Positions 48,572 through 63,150 are shown, counted from the first letter of the stretch. The stretch is 64,000 nt of DNA from Octopus sinensis (GCF_006345805.1 NC_043020.1:22320001-22384000), one strand, 5' to 3'. Notes: generated by a model not told the origin, from the sequence alone. Numbers and translations are program-made.

Positions 48572-48883
48572 TTGTATTCTTTACTTGCATTTTGTTAACA
48601 AAATAAAAGAATAGAGTTCCGATGTTCGTAGATGCAATATTTTATGGTTTGTTTTTATGTTTTGATCCGCTTGTGAATTTCATATTTGATATCAGGAGGT
48701 AGCTTTTCAGATGTTTTCAAAACACGTGCATACACCGAAAGCGAAAATATTCTTCTCAAATACAGTGTCTTGTCGCTGCTTCACAGACAAAATTCACTTC
48801 AATATCAGGAAGTAGTTTTTCAGAGGTTTTCAAATCACGTGGTTTTAGCACATGTGCTCCGTTCTCCGCGAGGTATGTTTTAG

Positions 48884-48884
<1 letters not shown>

Positions 48885-48924
<40 letters not shown>

Positions 48925-50690
48925 ATGTATATATGTATATGTATATATATGTATATGTATATATATGTATATGTATATATATGTATATATGTATTATGTA
49001 TATATTGTATATGTATATATATGTATATGTATATATGTATATATATGTATATTAGTATATATGTATATGTATATATATGTATATATATGTATATATGTAT
49101 ATATATGTATATGTATATATATGTATATATATGTATATATATATGTATATATATATGTATGTATATATATATGTATATGTATATGTATATATATGTATAT
49201 GTATATATATGTATATATATGTATATGTATATATGTGTATATATGTATATATGTGTATATATATATGTGTATATATATATGTGTATATATATATATATAT
49301 ATATGTGTATATATATATGTATATATATATGTGTATATATATATATATGTGTATATATATGTGTATATATATATGTGTATATATATATGTGTATATATAT
49401 ATGTGTATATATATATATGTGTGTATATATATATATGTGTGTATATATATATGTGTGTATATATATGTGTATATATATATATGTGTGTATATATATATAT
49501 GTGTGTATATATATATGTGTATATATATATATATGTGTGTATATATATATATATATGTGTATATATATATGTGTGTATATATATATGTGTGTATATATAT
49601 ATGTGTGTATATATATATGTGTGTATATATATATGTGTATATATATTGTGTATGTGTATATATGTATGTGTATATATGTATGTGTATATATTATATGTAG
49701 ATGTATATGTGTATGTGTATATGTGTATATATATATGTGTATATATATATGTATATATATATATGTATATATATTCTGTATATAATGTATATATATATAT
49801 GTATATATATATGTATATATATATATGTATATGTATATATATATATGTATATATATAGTATATATATATGATATATATATGTATATATATATTATATATA
49901 TATATGATTATATATATGTATATATATATATGTTATATATATATGTATATATATATATATATATATTATGTATATATATATATATGTATATATATATATT
50001 ATATGTATATATATATATGTATATATGTATATGTATAGATATATAATGTATATATATATATGTAATATATATATGTATATATATATATGTATATATAATA
50101 TGTATCTATATTATATGTATATATCTATATGTATATATGTATATATGTATATTGTATATATATATATTATATATGTATATATGTATGTATGTATGTATGT
50201 ATTGTATGTATGTATGTCTTTATATATAGTATATATATGTATGTATAGTATGTATGTATATGTATGTATGTATATATATGTATGTATTGTATATATTATG
50301 TATGTATGTATATATATATGTATATATATATGTATGTTATATATGTATGTAATATATGTATGTATGTATATATATGTATGTATATAATATGTATGTATGT
50401 ATATATATGTATGTATAATATATATGTATGTATATATATATGTATGTATATATATATATTATGTATATATATATGTATGTATATATATATGTATGTATAT
50501 ATGTATGTATGTATAATATTATGTAGTATGTATATATTGTATGTATGTATGTATGTATGTATATATGTATGTATGTATGTATATATGTATGTATGTATGT
50601 ATATGTATGTATGTATGTTATATGTAATATTATATATAGTATATAGTATTGTATTTTATGTATGTATGTATTATGTATATATATATATAA
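48885..50690. repeat. ~1.8-kb compound (TA)/(TG)/(ATGT) microsatellite
   Basis: Almost only A, T and G on the + strand, with motif drift along its length. Confidence 0.97.
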
Positions 50691-50692
50691 AT

Positions 50693-51011
50693 CCTTAAAT
50701 CCTTAAAAATGTTTTAGCCAAGGCCGCGGCATCTGGGGCACCACCGCTGAATGAGCCACACTAGTTTTTTTATCCACCTCTGATACGTGGCACTTGATCA
50801 AAAGGGAGTTTCGATGCTGCTGCCCGCATCCGCGTCTCCTGTCGTGAGGTAGGTTCCATCTGGACTTCCACAGAAGAGATCCAGTTTAGTTTAAAGAAAC
50901 CCACATCCCACCATGTAAGTCTCTCAGGCATTTAGGGAGGATGTTGAAAGCTGTGGTCCTCTGAAACCCAAGCTGTTGCAGTATCTGGACCTGTATTTTG
51001 ATGGTGATGTT
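50693..51011 (-). mobile_element. CR1-like LINE 3' end, cut by the gap
   Basis: YCNSLGFRGPQLFNILPKCLRDLHG; tandem AAGGATTT tail. Confidence 0.65.
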
Positions 51012-51111
51012 NNNNNNNNNNNNNNNNNNNNNNNNNNNNNNNNNNNNNNNNNNNNNNNNNNNNNNNNNNNNNNNNNNNNNNNNNNNNNNNNNNNNNNNNN
51101 NNNNNNNNNNN
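51012..51111. other. Assembly gap (100 N)
   Basis: Exactly 100 N; true gap length unknown. Confidence 0.99.
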
Positions 51112-51460
51112 ACACACATATGCATACACACACACACACACACACATATATGTGAGTGTGCGCGCGCGTATATGTGTGTGTATCTTCTTCTCTGCCAAGA
51201 ATTCACAATGACCTCGAACCCACAAGAGTAAACAAGAGACACAGAGACAGGCAGAAACAAGGAAAATGCCACTTGTATTTGAATACTATGCAAATATTTT
51301 TTCAAAATACTTTTCATTTAAGTTTTCCAAAATTTAATTGCTTTCCATACTTACAGTTGAAAAAGTTTCAATGACCGAAACCGGTACTGAAATTTTTTTT
51401 ATAAAGTTACTTTAGTATTTTCTACCTTGACTTTTTTCCTTATATATATATTATATATAT

Positions 51461-51528
<68 letters not shown>

Positions 51529-51722
51529 CGGAGATGAGAGAGAGAGAGAGAGAGAATGGTTGTATACTGTCATCTAACAAGAGCGTGACAGTAGGGGGTA
51601 CACCACCGCTGTATAGCCCTAGGAAGCATCGAACGCCTCCTGATGGCTTTGACACATTTTTCCCTGTATCCTTATATACATTTACGAAGGGGAGACAAAC
51701 ACCCCCGGCTGCCGGAACTGCA

Positions 51723-51767
51723 TCTAGGGACACGTGTTTCAGGATCGTTGTCCTTCATCGGCCTAGA
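51723..51767 (-). ncRNA. Type I hammerhead ribozyme candidate
   Basis: UCUAGG-CCGAUGA-AGGA(CAACGA)UCCU-GAAA-CACGUG-UC/CCUAGA: 6-bp stem I, 4-bp stem II, palindromic stem III, GUC cleavage triplet. Confidence 0.7.
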
Positions 51768-52299
51768 GTAGCAGACACCGGTCCTACTGTCACGTTCTTG
51801 TTAGATTGACAGTATACAACCATTCTATCGCCCCACCACCGTACATGTCTCTACGAGAGATTTAGAAATTCAATATTTCTTATTTTGATAATTGTATATA
51901 TAGATATATACAATTGCGAAGTCGAGGCAAATATCACCAGCTGACCGGTGTCTGCTACTCTAGGCCGATGAAGGACAACGATAGCATATTATGCTATTCT
52001 GGGTTTCTCCCAACGTGCGTTCGTTCAAGCAGGAAAAATATGTAACGGACCCATCATGGGTTCACAGTGAATAGCATTCAGATCGGTTTTCATTGGTCGA
52101 TAATGTCGAGTGGCCTTGTGGAAGCCTTTCTTTTTGGGAGATACTTGGTGTGTTACTCTCTAAGATTTCCTATCCCTGTTAAGTAGTCATTTCTCAGTAG
52201 TCATTATTGCAAGCACTTCAACAGAAATATTGTTAAGGTGAGCTATAGCTGACTGAAAAGCGTTGCCCCGCAGATAGCATCGCCTCTCAGAACTCATTC

Positions 52300-52355
<56 letters not shown>

Positions 52356-53559
52356 TTCTTTATACCCCAAAAGCAAGCTTGTAACTCCAGTACTATCCAA
52401 AATGCCCGCTTAAAGGAACCAGCCTCTTTAAAACAATGAAATCTTGAGCAAGTATAACCACAAGTGATCGTACCGAAAGGAATTTTATGGGGAAAAGCTT
52501 TAAGACACGGTACAACCAGCATATACAATCATTCAGATCCAGAAAGTGAATTATTCCAACCTTTTATATTTAAATATATTTGCAAATTAAATGGCAGTGG
52601 AATGGAGAATGTTCTCATAACCTAGGAAATCATGGATACAGTACCCCCCGTATATTTGTGGAACACAAAAATATACTGTGTTCGCTCGAAGATGTTTACT
52701 TCCTAACATATCCACGCAAATTATTGAATTGGGAAAACCAACACCTTATCTTTTTGTCACCAGAAAATGAAATTATATTGGCGCATATTGTGAAAGGGTG
52801 TGTGTATGTGTATATATGTATTATGTAGGTATGTATTTATCTATGTGTATGTATATATGTATGTATGTGTGTGTGTATATATGTATGTATGTATGTGTGT
52901 ATGTATATTTATGTGCACATTGATGTATATTTACATACGTGCATGTATATATTGGTGTATGTGTGTGTGTGTGTGCATATGGATGTATGTGATGATCTCT
53001 AAGTATGACGGTGCGAGTTGGTGCAATTGTAGAGTAAGTCTTAAATAAATGGAGTGGAAGTGGGTGGAAGATGTGGAGTCGTTGTGTCCGTGGACAGACG
53101 TTAACGGTGATGAGCGTGTTGTTACTTTACTATTTCTAGTTAATTGTTCATCAAATGATTTTTTACTAATGACCAAAAAGTAGAATCAATAATTAATTAT
53201 TCATTTATTTTCTTTAAATTCATTAATATTATTGTTGTTGTTATTATTATTATCATTATTATAGATATTGTTGTTGTTGTTTTCCTTGTCATTAATATTA
53301 TTTATTTATTTATTTATTTATTTATATTAATATTTATTTATTTCCAATTTTAATTCTAAAAATTATGTTATTATTATTTTTCTATTAATTTTGTTGGGTT
53401 TTTTATTTTTGCTGCTTGTTGATTTTGTTGCTGCTGATGATGTTGTTGCTTTTGGTGGTGATGATGATGATGATGTTGTTGTTGTTGTTGTTGTTGTTGT
53501 TTTCTGCTTTAGAGAGCGTGGAAATGAATTTATAATTTCATTGTAAACATTTCAATTAT

Positions 53560-53860
53560 TATTTCTTTGTTACTGTTTTGCTGTTGTTGTTGTTGTTGTT
53601 GCTGTTTAATTTTTGTTCCAGATATTTTATTTTCGTCTTATTTTGTTACTTTTCCTCATTTTATTTTTCTGTTCTTCAATACTTTCTTCTTCTTCTTCTT
53701 CTTCTTCTTCTTCTTCGTCTTCTTCTTCTTCTTTTCTTCTTCTTCTTCTTCTTCTTCTTCTTCTTCTTCTTCTTCTTCTTCTTCTTCTTCTTCTCGTCCT
53801 TCTTCTTCTCCTCCTCGTCCTTCTTCTTCTTCTTCACCCTCGTTTTCCTTTTCCTTTCTT
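53560..53860. repeat. (GTT)n and (CTT)n triplet microsatellites
   Basis: Seen directly in the sequence. Confidence 0.95.
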
Positions 53861-54149
53861 CTTTCTTTAGTCTTCCAGAAGAAATTTCGACCAAAAACAC
53901 CTTTTGATATTTTTTTGTTTCATTCTTTATTTTTTGTTTTTATCTCATTTCTTTGATTTTATTTTCTTTTTCAGTTTCATTGCATCCAATTACCATACTA
54001 GAAGAGAACGGAACCATCAGCTCTCTAAACTATAAATAATCTAAGACTGAGAAGGACAGAGAGGTGGGGAATGTCCTGTCTCTCTGCGAGGGTATTTGTT
54101 GATTAAAGTGTAAGGTAGAGATGGTAGGGGGCGCTTTTTGTTGTCACAA

Positions 54150-54688
54150 GATGAAGCTCTATGTCTGTGTGGTTGTTTCTATCCCTAGAGAGATACAATT
54201 TTAAGTGTTAACTGGATAATTACTGCTTGTAATTGCTTTATTTAGTAGACATATTATGTAGATGTTTATTTTGAATATTCAGGCAAGATAAAGGTGAATG
54301 TGGGACTCGTTATGAATTCACTAGAAACGCCATCCAGACAGGTTTTCATTGCTCGACAACGGACAGGAGACCTGATGCTGTGATCTCTTCCACCTCCAAT
54401 TCTGTCATCCACTTTCTTCTCCTAATAGGATTAGCTTGATCAACTAATCTCTAAGTCACTTTAAACATACCTTTCTCTACCCAAAGCGTTGAAATCCCTT
54501 TTCTATGGCCCCTTCTTTTAGGTTCACTTTCTATGTAGAACTGCATCACTGTCCTGTTTTCTTCGCCGGTCCACTTCCTCCTCCTTACTCAATCACCTGC
54601 TGATGCTTGGTTAGGATAACAGCTGTGGTCATTCTACATCTTTACTGAACCACGGCCGAACGAGAGGCCTTCCCTTAAAGGTCCAGCT

Positions 54689-54690
<2 letters not shown>
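54150..54690 (-). mobile_element. Dong/R4-like non-LTR element, 5' fragment
   Basis: Minus strand reads RRKWTGEENRTVMQFYIESEPKRRG...KGMFKVT..RLVDQ..IRRRKWMTELE; abuts (ATT)n. Confidence 0.6.
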
Positions 54691-54744
<54 letters not shown>

Positions 54745-55273
54745 GAATGAGAGAGCAGTGCATGCCATCAAATTGACATTGGGGTACAAATATACCCATC
54801 ATGACTTCACGTCTGATAAGGGTACACTAGTCCCATGCATCACAACAATACGTCTGTGATATAGTGACCTCATATCGAGATAAACAGTGCATGACCTTGC
54901 AGGTGGGGCCCAGTTTGAATTTTCTTCAGGTTGAGTAGCCCATGTTGCTCAAAAGATCCTTGAATAAGAGTTGTTTAAGGATGTTGAACGAAACACCCAT
55001 GTTTTCAAAGATGAATTATCCAAACCCCCAAAGAATTCCTCTCAACACATAGCTATGATGCTCCCCCACTACTTCTGCTCGTGATCAGAGATGCACATAT
55101 CGTCAGCCACTAAGGGACATGCTCAACTGGTTAAGGGCAAACAATTGACAAGCAAATCTGTGGTACTGAGCAGAATGCTGTAGCCCTATTATTATTATTG
55201 TTGTTGCTGTTGTTGTTGTTGTTGTTGTTGTTGTTCTTTTCTTGTTCTTGTTATTGTTGCTATTATTATTATT

Positions 55274-55312
<39 letters not shown>

Positions 55313-55339
55313 GTCATTTCTTTTCATGGGTTATCTATG

Positions 55340-55660
55340 AGACTTCTCCAATGCTTAGGTCTTCGCCTTCCTTTTTCTCTTTCTTCTGAATGTATGGCTG
55401 CGTTAATGCCGATCCATTCTTTGGATTCCTTCCGAAGGAGAATAAATATCTGGCCGGCCATGCTGCAGCTTCGTATCAGTGTACGTTGGAAGATCCCGCG
55501 TGAGTTTTACAGGATCTTTCTCCGCTGCTGGCAAAGGTTGGTGCTCATAGCCCTTGTTGAGTCATTCCGGCCCACATTTCCTGCTAAACCCTCAACTTAT
55601 TCGCAATGCCATTTTGCCATGGGGCTTTTTCTACTCCTTTGGGACCAGTTTTGAGCATTC
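55340..55660 (-). mobile_element. Dong/R4-like C-terminal (restriction-like endonuclease) fragment
   Basis: Degenerate ECSKL..E..., HQPLP, TYTDTKLQHGRPDI. Confidence 0.55.
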
Positions 55661-55679
55661 ACTAATTTGTATATCTGTG

Positions 55680-57190
55680 TGCAGTTGTGGTGGTGTTTGT
55701 GATAGTGGTGGTTGTGGCGGTGGTGGTGGTGGTGGTGGTGATGGTAGTGGTGGTGGTGGTGGTGGTGATGGTGGTGGTAGTGGTGGTGGTGGTGGTGGTG
55801 GTGGTGTGGTGACAATGATGGTGGCGATGGTGGTGTGATAGTGGCGATGGTGTTGGTGGTGGTGGTGGTGGTGGTGGTGGCGATGGTAGTGGTGGTAGTG
55901 GTGGTGGTAGTGGTGGTGGTGGTGGCGATGGTGGTGGTGGTGGTGGTGGTGATGACGATGATGGTGGCGATGGTGGTGTGATAGTGGCGATGGTGGTGGT
56001 GGTGGTGACGATGATGGTGGCGATGGTGGTGTGATAGTGGCGATGGTGTTGGTGGTAGTGGTGGTGGTGGCGATGGTAGTGGTGGTGGTGGTGGTGGTGG
56101 TGGTGGTGGTGGTGGTGGTAGTGGTAGTGGTGGTGGTGGTGGTGACGATGATGGTGGCGATGGTGGTGTGATAGTGGCGATGGTGTTGGTGGTGGTGGTG
56201 GTGGTGACGATGATGGTGGCGATGATGGTGGTGGTGATGGTGGTTGTGATGGTGGTGGTGGTGATGGTGGTGGTGGTGGTGGTGGTGGTGGCGGTGGTGG
56301 TGGCGGTGGTGGTGGCGGTGGTGGTGGCGGCGACGATGGTAGTGGTGGTGGTGGTGGTGGTGATGGTGGTGGTCGTGGTGGTCGTGGTGGTCGTGGTGGT
56401 CGTGATGGTGGTGGTGATGGTGGTGGTCGTGGTGGTCGTGGTGGTCGTGATGGTAGTGGTGGTGGTGGTGGTGATGGTGATGGTAGTGGTGGTGGTGGTG
56501 GTGGCGATGGTGGTGGTAGTGGTGGTGGTGACGATGATGGTGGCGATGGTGGTGTGATAGTGGCGATGGTGTTGGTGGTGGTGGTGGTGGTGGTGGCGAT
56601 GGTAGTGGTGGTGGTGGTGTGATAGTAGCGATGGTGTTGGTGGTAGTGGTGGTGGTGGCGATAGTAGTGGTGGTGGTGGTGGTAGTGGTGGTGGTGGTGA
56701 CGATGATGGTGGCGATGGTGGTGGTGGTGGTGGTGGTGGTGGTGGTGGTGGTGGTGGTGGTGGGGTGACGATGATGGTGGCGATGGTGGTGTGATAGTGG
56801 CGATTGTGTTGGTGGTGGTGGTGGTGGTGGTGACGATGATGGTGGTGGTGGTGGTGGTGGTGATGGTGGTGGTGGTGGTGGTGGTGGGTGGTGGTGGTGG
56901 TGGTGGTGGTGGCGGCGGCGGCGATGGTATGGTGGTGGTGGTGGTGGTGGTGGTAGTGGTGGTAGTGGTGGTGGTGGCGATGGTGGTGGTGGTGGTGGTG
57001 ACGATGATGGTGGTGGTGGTGGTGGTGGTGGTGGTGGTGGTTGTGGTCGTGGTGGTGATGATGGTGGTGGTGGTGGTGGTGGTTGTGGTCGTGGTGGTGA
57101 TGATGGTGGTGGTGATGGTGGTGGTGGTGGTGGTGGTGGTGGTGGTGGTGGCGGCGATGGTGTTGGTGGTGGTGGTGCTGGTGCTGGTGA
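55680..57190. repeat. (GGT)n-rich compound array with a recurring higher-order unit
   Basis: GACGATGATGGTGGCGATGGTGGTGTGATAGTGGCGAT recurs about 6-7 times inside (GGT)n. Confidence 0.95.
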
Positions 57191-57624
57191 AAAACGTCAA
57201 TTTTCGTTTATTGATTTCCTGCTAAACCATTCCACTTTTCTGTGAACTCTGCGAGTAGATATTGCTATTGAAGCGATTCTATTATTGAAATATAAGTCGC
57301 TACCCACCACCACCACCGCCACCACCACCACCACCATCCCACACCCCACATCTAATCCTCCCTCTACACCCCACGTACCAAACCCCACCTTTCACTTTCC
57401 TTTTTTTCCCCTTTCTTATTTTTCGTTCATTTTTGTTTATTTTCCTTTATTTATTCACTGTGTTCATTCCGTTGCCTTTTTTTTTTGTTCTCCTTTGTCC
57501 ATTTTGGAACTACATGTGTTAACCTTGTGTGTGTGTGTGTGGTGTGTGTGTGTGTGTGTGTGCGTGTGTGAGTGTGCATTTATGTATATATGTATACATA
57601 CATATATGTATGTATGTATGTATG

Positions 57625-57663
<39 letters not shown>

Positions 57664-57689
57664 TCACATTTCTTTCTGTTTTCCTTCTC

Positions 57690-58900
<1,211 letters not shown>

Positions 58901-59094
58901 AATACACACACACACACACACTCATAGATACATATATCTCCATATCAGCTCACCTTGGATTTCTTCCACAGCTACTCTTGACGCAGTAGGCTTAGTTCTC
59001 GATGATAAATTCGGAGTTGATATCCTCTTCATTTCACCCTGACCCTTTTAAGAGTTGGGTGAAATGCTAGAACGGAGCAGACATTCTAAAAGTA

Positions 59095-59640
59095 AACCCT
59101 ACCCCACCAACAAGACGAAGCTGAGCGCTTACAAGGTTTGCATTATAACGGCTCCATTGTACTTTTCTGAGACACGGACAGTACACTGCCGGCATCTCAA
59201 GCTTCTCCATCGCTTTCATCGAAAACGTTTGAGACTCATACTCGACATCAAGTGGCCAAATCGAACACCTGACACAGAAGACCTTGCAAAGACAGGATGC
59301 AGAAGCATCGAGTCACTCGTCTTGTGTATTCAGATGCGTTAAGCAGGCCATGTTGTGCGTAGGGAAGATAAGAGGATTGCAATGCAGCCGGTCTATGGTG
59401 AGCTGTACATTGGGAAGTTTCCTCAGCACAAACCACGATCAACTGTACAAAGACGATGTCAAAGGCATCTTGAAGGAATTGCAAATCAATTGGAAGACCT
59501 GAGAAGAACTAGCTTTGGAAAGAGCTGAGCGGAGGAAGCGTGGAAGGGAAGGTTGTAAAACTTTCGAAGAGGGTCGCTTTGAGCACGAACATCTAAAACG
59601 TTGGCTTCAAAGGAGATGTCATCAGAACCGTGATGAAAAC
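59095..59640 (+). mobile_element. RTE-BovB-like LINE 3' fragment
   Basis: TKLSAYK..LYFSET..HLKLLHRFHRKRLR.IL.IKW, AGHVVR, VYGEL; decayed. Confidence 0.7.
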
Positions 59641-60186
59641 ATCGTGGATTAATAAATATTATCGTATTTTAACGTATGAAAGGAGCCCCCTAAAATTTGA
59701 AAAAAAAAAGGTTTTCTAAGAGATTATAATCCTATCCATGTATAAGAAACTCCCATATTTTTCTAACTTAATTTTTGACAAAATAAATACCAAACAGACC
59801 CTGCTTTAGGAGTCTATTTAATTGAATCATTTAAATACAATTTAGTTCTTTACTTTTCATACTTTATTTTAAATTTGAGGTATATATTCGGGTTGCAACC
59901 GGAAGACCGGAAAATCCAGAAACCCGAGCCGCTGCCGGTCACAAGCTTACTGGAAATTTAAACCAAAAAACTATTACCTTGTATATTTGCCACTAGAGTG
60001 GGTGTATAAATTGAAGTGTGCAGTATTATATATCCATTACAGGCGATCTTATCAATCGATTTCGCCCTGGGAGTTCAACAGGATGTTAGATAACAACCCG
60101 GTAACTAATAGGCAACATAGTCTTTAATGAATATGTAATATTGTATACTTTGATTAATACACACTCTACAAACATGTGTGTCTATA

Positions 60187-60267
<81 letters not shown>

Positions 60268-60271
<4 letters not shown>

Positions 60272-61560
60272 AGGTACAGAACCCCTTATCCGGAACTGTT
60301 GGGGAGAGTTCTGTTCTGAATTTCGGATTTTTTCGGATTGCAAAACAAAAGCCAGCTGCCCAAAATTGTAAACTGGACATCAAAACAGACATCCTACTAC
60401 GGTAACAAAAGTACATGTATACGTACTCACAAAAACAGTGGGGAAAATAAATATTTATAGAGTAACGTAATGTCAAATGAAATAGTGAAATAATTCAGAT
60501 CACAAATAACAAAATACATACAGTGGGATAATTTAAAACAAAAATATACGATCCACAAGTACAGGTATGCACATTACCATAATAGTTCTGTAGGGAGACG
60601 CATAGGTATTGGCACCAATTTGAATAAAGAAAGTCTACAAATGGTTTTACAGTTTATTTATATGCGAAAATCATGAATTGATTCAAACTAGGCTAAATAT
60701 ACAGCTGCAGCTAAGTTGTAGAACAGGGTCTGTAAGTGTTACCGACGTCGTCATCAGGTCGCAGACAAACCTCCGATGATGGACCAGGAATGGAATTCTC
60801 AAATGAAGAAGTAGCACTACGAGAGAGAGAACATTTCTGTCTAAGAAACGTCTTTTTAATAGAGTAAACTCCCATAATCCGTTATTTACTAATAAATACA
60901 CGTTGATCAAGGCCAGCTATTAACTGATCACATATCGTTTCAAGCAATTTTTACACCTGTATCCTCTATTGACATTGTCACTACTATCTCCATTCTGATC
61001 CGTATTTAACATCATTTCAGCAATTTCCCCATCACTCAAGGAAGACACAATAGGTGCATCATTGTCAATGATCAATGTCTGCTTCTTGTAGATCGTTTAA
61101 ACTTCCGTACGATAAACTTTTAGCGTAAGTTAGGGTTAGGGTTAAGGTTAGGGTTTTGATATCATCTTCTCATTAATGACACGAAAATCTTCGAACTCGT
61201 TGTCAGTTGGTTTGTTTTCATCAAATATCGTTATTAGTGCCAGGCATTTGTTAATGTTGATTTATCAACTTCATTCCAAGACTGAGTCGATGACATACTT
61301 TTGCATCCTTACTCTTTTGTTGGCTGCATCAAGCACACAGCTCATTAAATTGTTTTTATAGTTGCTCTTCATGGAGGATAAGATTCCTGGGTGACAAGGC
61401 AACTCGATGCCAGAAACATTACTTTTCACAAGAAGTTCAGCAGGGGAATATGTGGAGCAGTTGTATACAGGGACAATAGAATTTTACAGTTTTCTTCCAG
61501 TCCAGTTGGCTTGTAATGAGCTCAGGCCGCTGGTACAAAGTGATGATTGAACCAGTCAGA
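60268..61560 (-). mobile_element. pogo/Tigger-like DNA transposon fossil, interrupted
   Basis: DWFNHHFVP, KILL, SWNEVDKSTLTNAW, IIDNDAPIV.SLSDGEIAEM, DQLIAGLDQR; TA-CAGGTACAGAACCCCTTATCCG terminus at left. Confidence 0.65.
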
Positions 61561-61609
61561 ACACACACGCGCACACATATATATGTGTGTGTGTGTGTAT
61601 GTGTATGTA

Positions 61610-61656
<47 letters not shown>

Positions 61657-61790
61657 CATAATAACGTTCGGACAGATAGGCGGACAAGAGAAACAACAAT
61701 TAGAAGGACAGACAAAAAAAGGCGGGTCATTCTTGGCTTTCTGTCATCAGTTAAGTACCAGAAGTCACGACCATTCCGGGCAGTTATATA

Positions 61791-61841
<51 letters not shown>

Positions 61842-61872
61842 CAGACTGGAGTTGTAGTGCTCAGGTGAGCTA

Positions 61873-63150
61873 CGAGGGGCGTTCAATAAGTAATGCCCCT
61901 GATCGTTCGATCTAGCTGATTTTGCATGTGCAATTACTTATATCTCTATAGATTAAGTGGCAAATTACAGCTCTAAACTAATTGTGGTTTCTGATTTACA
62001 GGTGTTTGAACTGAGTCAAGTGTGAAATGGAGTCTGTTGAATGTCGAGCAGTGATCCGATTTTTGTATTTGAAAGGACGCACACCACGGGAGACTTCTGA
62101 TGAAATGAAAGTAACTTATGGTGATGATGCCCCATCATATGACCTTGTAAAACGCTGGCATCCTGAATTCAAACATGGTTGGAACTCTGTGGAAACAGCT
62201 CCCAGATCTGGTCGCCCCCTTCTGCCATTGATGAGGCATCTGTCCGTCAAGTTGAGGCTGCCATTTTGGAAGATCGACGCATAACTATTCGCGAAATAGC
62301 CCATGAGGTCAAGATTAGTACCGGGTCTGTGGAAACTATCATTCATGACCATTTGCATATGAAAAAGGTGTCTGCCAGATGGATTCCCAGGCTGCTCACA
62401 TCTTTCCAGAAGCAAGAACGCGTCGATTGCTCGAGGATGAATTTGGAGATGTGCCAAGAAGATGAGTCAAAATTTTTCAAAAGACTGATTACACAGGATG
62501 AAACCTGGGTCCATCACTATGATCCAGAGACCGAAGCCCAGTCAATGCAGTGGAAGCACCGTGACTCCCCTCCTCCAAAGAAGGCAAGGGTGCAGCCCTC
62601 CGCTGGCAAGGTCATGCTCACAGTCTTCTGGGACCAGGACGGAGTAGTGATGACAGATTTCCTGGCAAATGGTGCCACAATTACAGGAGCCTATTATGCT
62701 TCACTTTTGAGGAAATTAAGAGAAGCTATCAAAATCAAGAGGCGGGGCAAGATCAGCAAAGGCATCCTCCTCCTGCAGGACAACGCTCTGGTCCACAACT
62801 CGCGTGTCGCCAGATCAGAAGCACAGGCGTATGGCTATGAACTCCTCCCCCATCCCCCTACTCTTCTGACCTTGCACCTTCTGATTTTCACCTCTTCCCA
62901 ATCATGAAGTTGTTTTTGAAAGGAAAGCGTTTCCCAGATGATGCAGCCTTGATTTCTGAAGTCACGTCGTGGCTGGAGGACCAAGCTGGTGTCTTCTACA
63001 GAAACGGTCTTCAGAGCTGCATCAAACGATGGGAGAAATGCGTAACTCTGGGTGGTTCCTATGTAGAAAAAGACTAATAACTGTGCCAAGTTTCGTTGCT
63101 CTACTGCTATGGGAAGTGGGTCAGGGGCATTACTTATTGAACGCCCCTCG
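61873..63150 (+). mobile_element. Mariner (irritans/Himar-like DD34D) transposon, defective
   Basis: TA TSDs and the same TIR family as 37995-39265. Transposase MESVECRAVIRFL...WIPRLL...ITQDETW...QDNA...DLAPSDF...YVEKD* with two frameshifts. Confidence 0.95.

Noticed and set aside
48852-50698. Long ORFs of 100-323 aa (YIYVCM-rich)
   Set aside because: Translations of a TA/TG microsatellite that lacks stops in some frames.
50886-51374. ORFs spanning the X run
   Set aside because: They cross the 100-N gap; the two sides need not be contiguous.
53567-53956. Poly-Ser/Phe/Leu/Lys ORFs
   Set aside because: (CTT)n microsatellite.
55554-57225. 512-aa Thr/Pro/His-rich ORF and poly-Val ORFs (mucin- or extensin-like)
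   Set aside because: Pure (GGT)n/(ACC)n repeat, open in several frames on both strands; no splice signals or unique domain.
61125-61160. TTAGGG run as an interstitial telomere or fusion site
   Set aside because: Only 3-4 imperfect units inside a small insertion.
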